Below are positions 40,962 to 41,347 of a DNA stretch of 41,347 bases, one piece after another; position 1 is the first letter of the stretch; each line of letters starts with the position of its first letter. This stretch comes from a virus. A program made the position numbers and the translations under genes. The notes beneath the pieces are model-generated. The model was not told the origin of the DNA and ran no database searches. It saw only the letters and a program-made list of their open reading frames with translations. The stretch is taken from the IMG/VR virus record IMGVR_UViG_3300045988_100004, positions 1 through 41,347 of that record, one strand, 5' to 3'.

Positions 40962-41001
40962 CCTGTAACTACAGGTTACAGGATGTAACATCGAGTTGCA
41001 A
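40962..41001 (-). promoter_or_regulatory. Promoter with overlapping inverted-repeat operator of the accessory operon
   Basis: TTGCAA(41001-40996)-17 bp-TAACCT(40978-40973); CCTGTAAC(40962-40969)/GTTACAGG(40975-40982) perfect inverted repeat plus a third TGTAAC (40984-40989). Confidence 0.55.
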
Positions 41002-41105
41002 GCTATAACATGAGATGGCGTGTCGCGACAAACCAAACCAGCCCCACTTTTTTCCGGCACCCGGAGGACCCCGAGCACCGCCACCCCACCGTGACGGCGC
41101 TCGAT

Positions 41106-41228
41106 TTTTGCCCACATTTTGCCCACATTATCCAGATAAAACCGGATAAACGAGGATAAAACCGGATAAAACAGAAAAGCCGCTCAGCCCTACTCACGTA
41201 AGGCAAAGCGGCCATTCTCAACGATTTT
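41106..41228. promoter_or_regulatory. attP arm with arm-type and phased repeats
   Basis: 24-mer TTTTGCCCACATTTTGCCCACATT (two 11-bp units) at 41106-41129, repeated at 89-112; GATAAA at 41135, 41145, 41155, 41165 (10-bp phasing; 16-mer GATAAAACCGGATAAA x2); AGCCCTACTC at 41186-41195, repeated at 49-58. Confidence 0.6.
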
Positions 41229-41347
41229 AAAAGAGTGGGGCCGCAGGGGCTTGAACCCTATTGCATCAAACCCGAGAGCCCTACTCCCGCTTGAATTACG
41301 CAGCCTCGGATGTTTCTTTTGCCCACATTTTGCCCACATTCTCCAGC
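41229..41347. repeat. Terminal direct repeat, copy 2 (exact copy of 1-119)
   Basis: Identity starts at aaaagagtgggg (41229) and runs to the last base of the window. Confidence 0.95.

Larger units (their letters stand above)
1..41347. mobile_element. Complete temperate siphovirus-type phage genome (unit length 41,228 bp) shown with a 119-bp end overlap; attP intact, so circular/excised form rather than an integrated prophage
   Basis: Lysogeny, early/replication, packaging, head, tail and lysis modules in canonical order; 1-119 identical to 41229-41347; no recognisable host genes at either end. Confidence 0.85.

Noticed and set aside
40944-41126. N-terminal extension of ORF 40650..41126 beginning GTG-GKMWAK, and its resemblance to the integrase C-terminus ...GKMWAK
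   Set aside because: The extension crosses the predicted promoter/operator and the attP arm repeat. The resemblance is caused by the 24-bp arm-type DNA repeat. A strong GAGGAGG SD precedes the internal ATGs at 40943/40940.
41135-41170. GATAAAACCGGATAAA repeats as a mini CRISPR array
   Set aside because: There are only two 16-bp copies, 4 bp apart, and no spacers. They fit phased protein-binding or bending sites in attP instead.
1-41347. Searched by eye for CRISPR arrays, reverse transcriptase/DGR or retron elements, transposases/IS ends, complete tRNA genes and restriction-modification genes
   Set aside because: None was found. The only recombinases are the two tyrosine recombinases, and the only repeat families are those listed as attP, ori-like, junction and crossover repeats.

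Overview
The window is a complete ~41.2-kb temperate siphovirus-type phage genome from a high-GC Gram-positive host. Gene style looks Actinomycetota/Bifidobacterium-like, but that host call is inference. Positions 1-119 repeat exactly at 41229-41347, and the repeat includes the 3' end of the integrase gene. I therefore read the window as a circular (excised or assembled) genome of unit length 41,228 bp with an intact attP, not an integrated prophage with host flanks.

Layout:
- attP and tyrosine integrase, an AT-rich lipoprotein moron, an ImmA-like protease and an XRE repressor, all on the minus strand.
- A divergent switch region.
- Early genes: Cro-like, truncated Bro-N, Xis-like HTH, RusA, Cas4-like exonuclease, a Q/P-rich SSB-like protein, a primase-polymerase/helicase fusion, about 25 small genes (including tandem paralogs and an MmcB-like nuclease) and a Zn-ribbon/HTH protein.
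- A minus-strand micro-cassette of two tiny membrane peptides plus an HTH.
- Packaging and structural genes: HNH, a G-rich cos candidate, TerS, a TerL split into two overlapping ORFs, portal, MuF-like, scaffold, major capsid, connectors, major tail, G/G-T chaperone (CCCAAAA slip site), tape measure, Dit and Tal-like.
- A fibre gene whose C-terminus sits in an invertible segment next to an Rci-like tyrosine recombinase.
- Lysis: a TM protein, a secreted GH25 endolysin and a Dp-1-type holin.
- A minus-strand three-gene operon, then attP again.

Most interesting observations:
1. The self-contained three-gene operon at 39500-41001. It encodes a small protein, a helical Arg-rich protein that by eye resembles the type I-E Cascade small subunit Cse2/CasB, and an HTH. 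An inverted-repeat operator lies over its promoter, giving an Acr-Aca-like architecture.
2. A sar-like antisense RNA candidate over the Bro start.
3. The small-peptide cassette with an orphan opposite-strand terminator.
4. The fibre inversion switch.
5. The split TerL.
6. Phased iterons and a 28-bp palindrome inside the replication gene.

All functions are assigned from motifs I could read directly. No database search or folding was possible.
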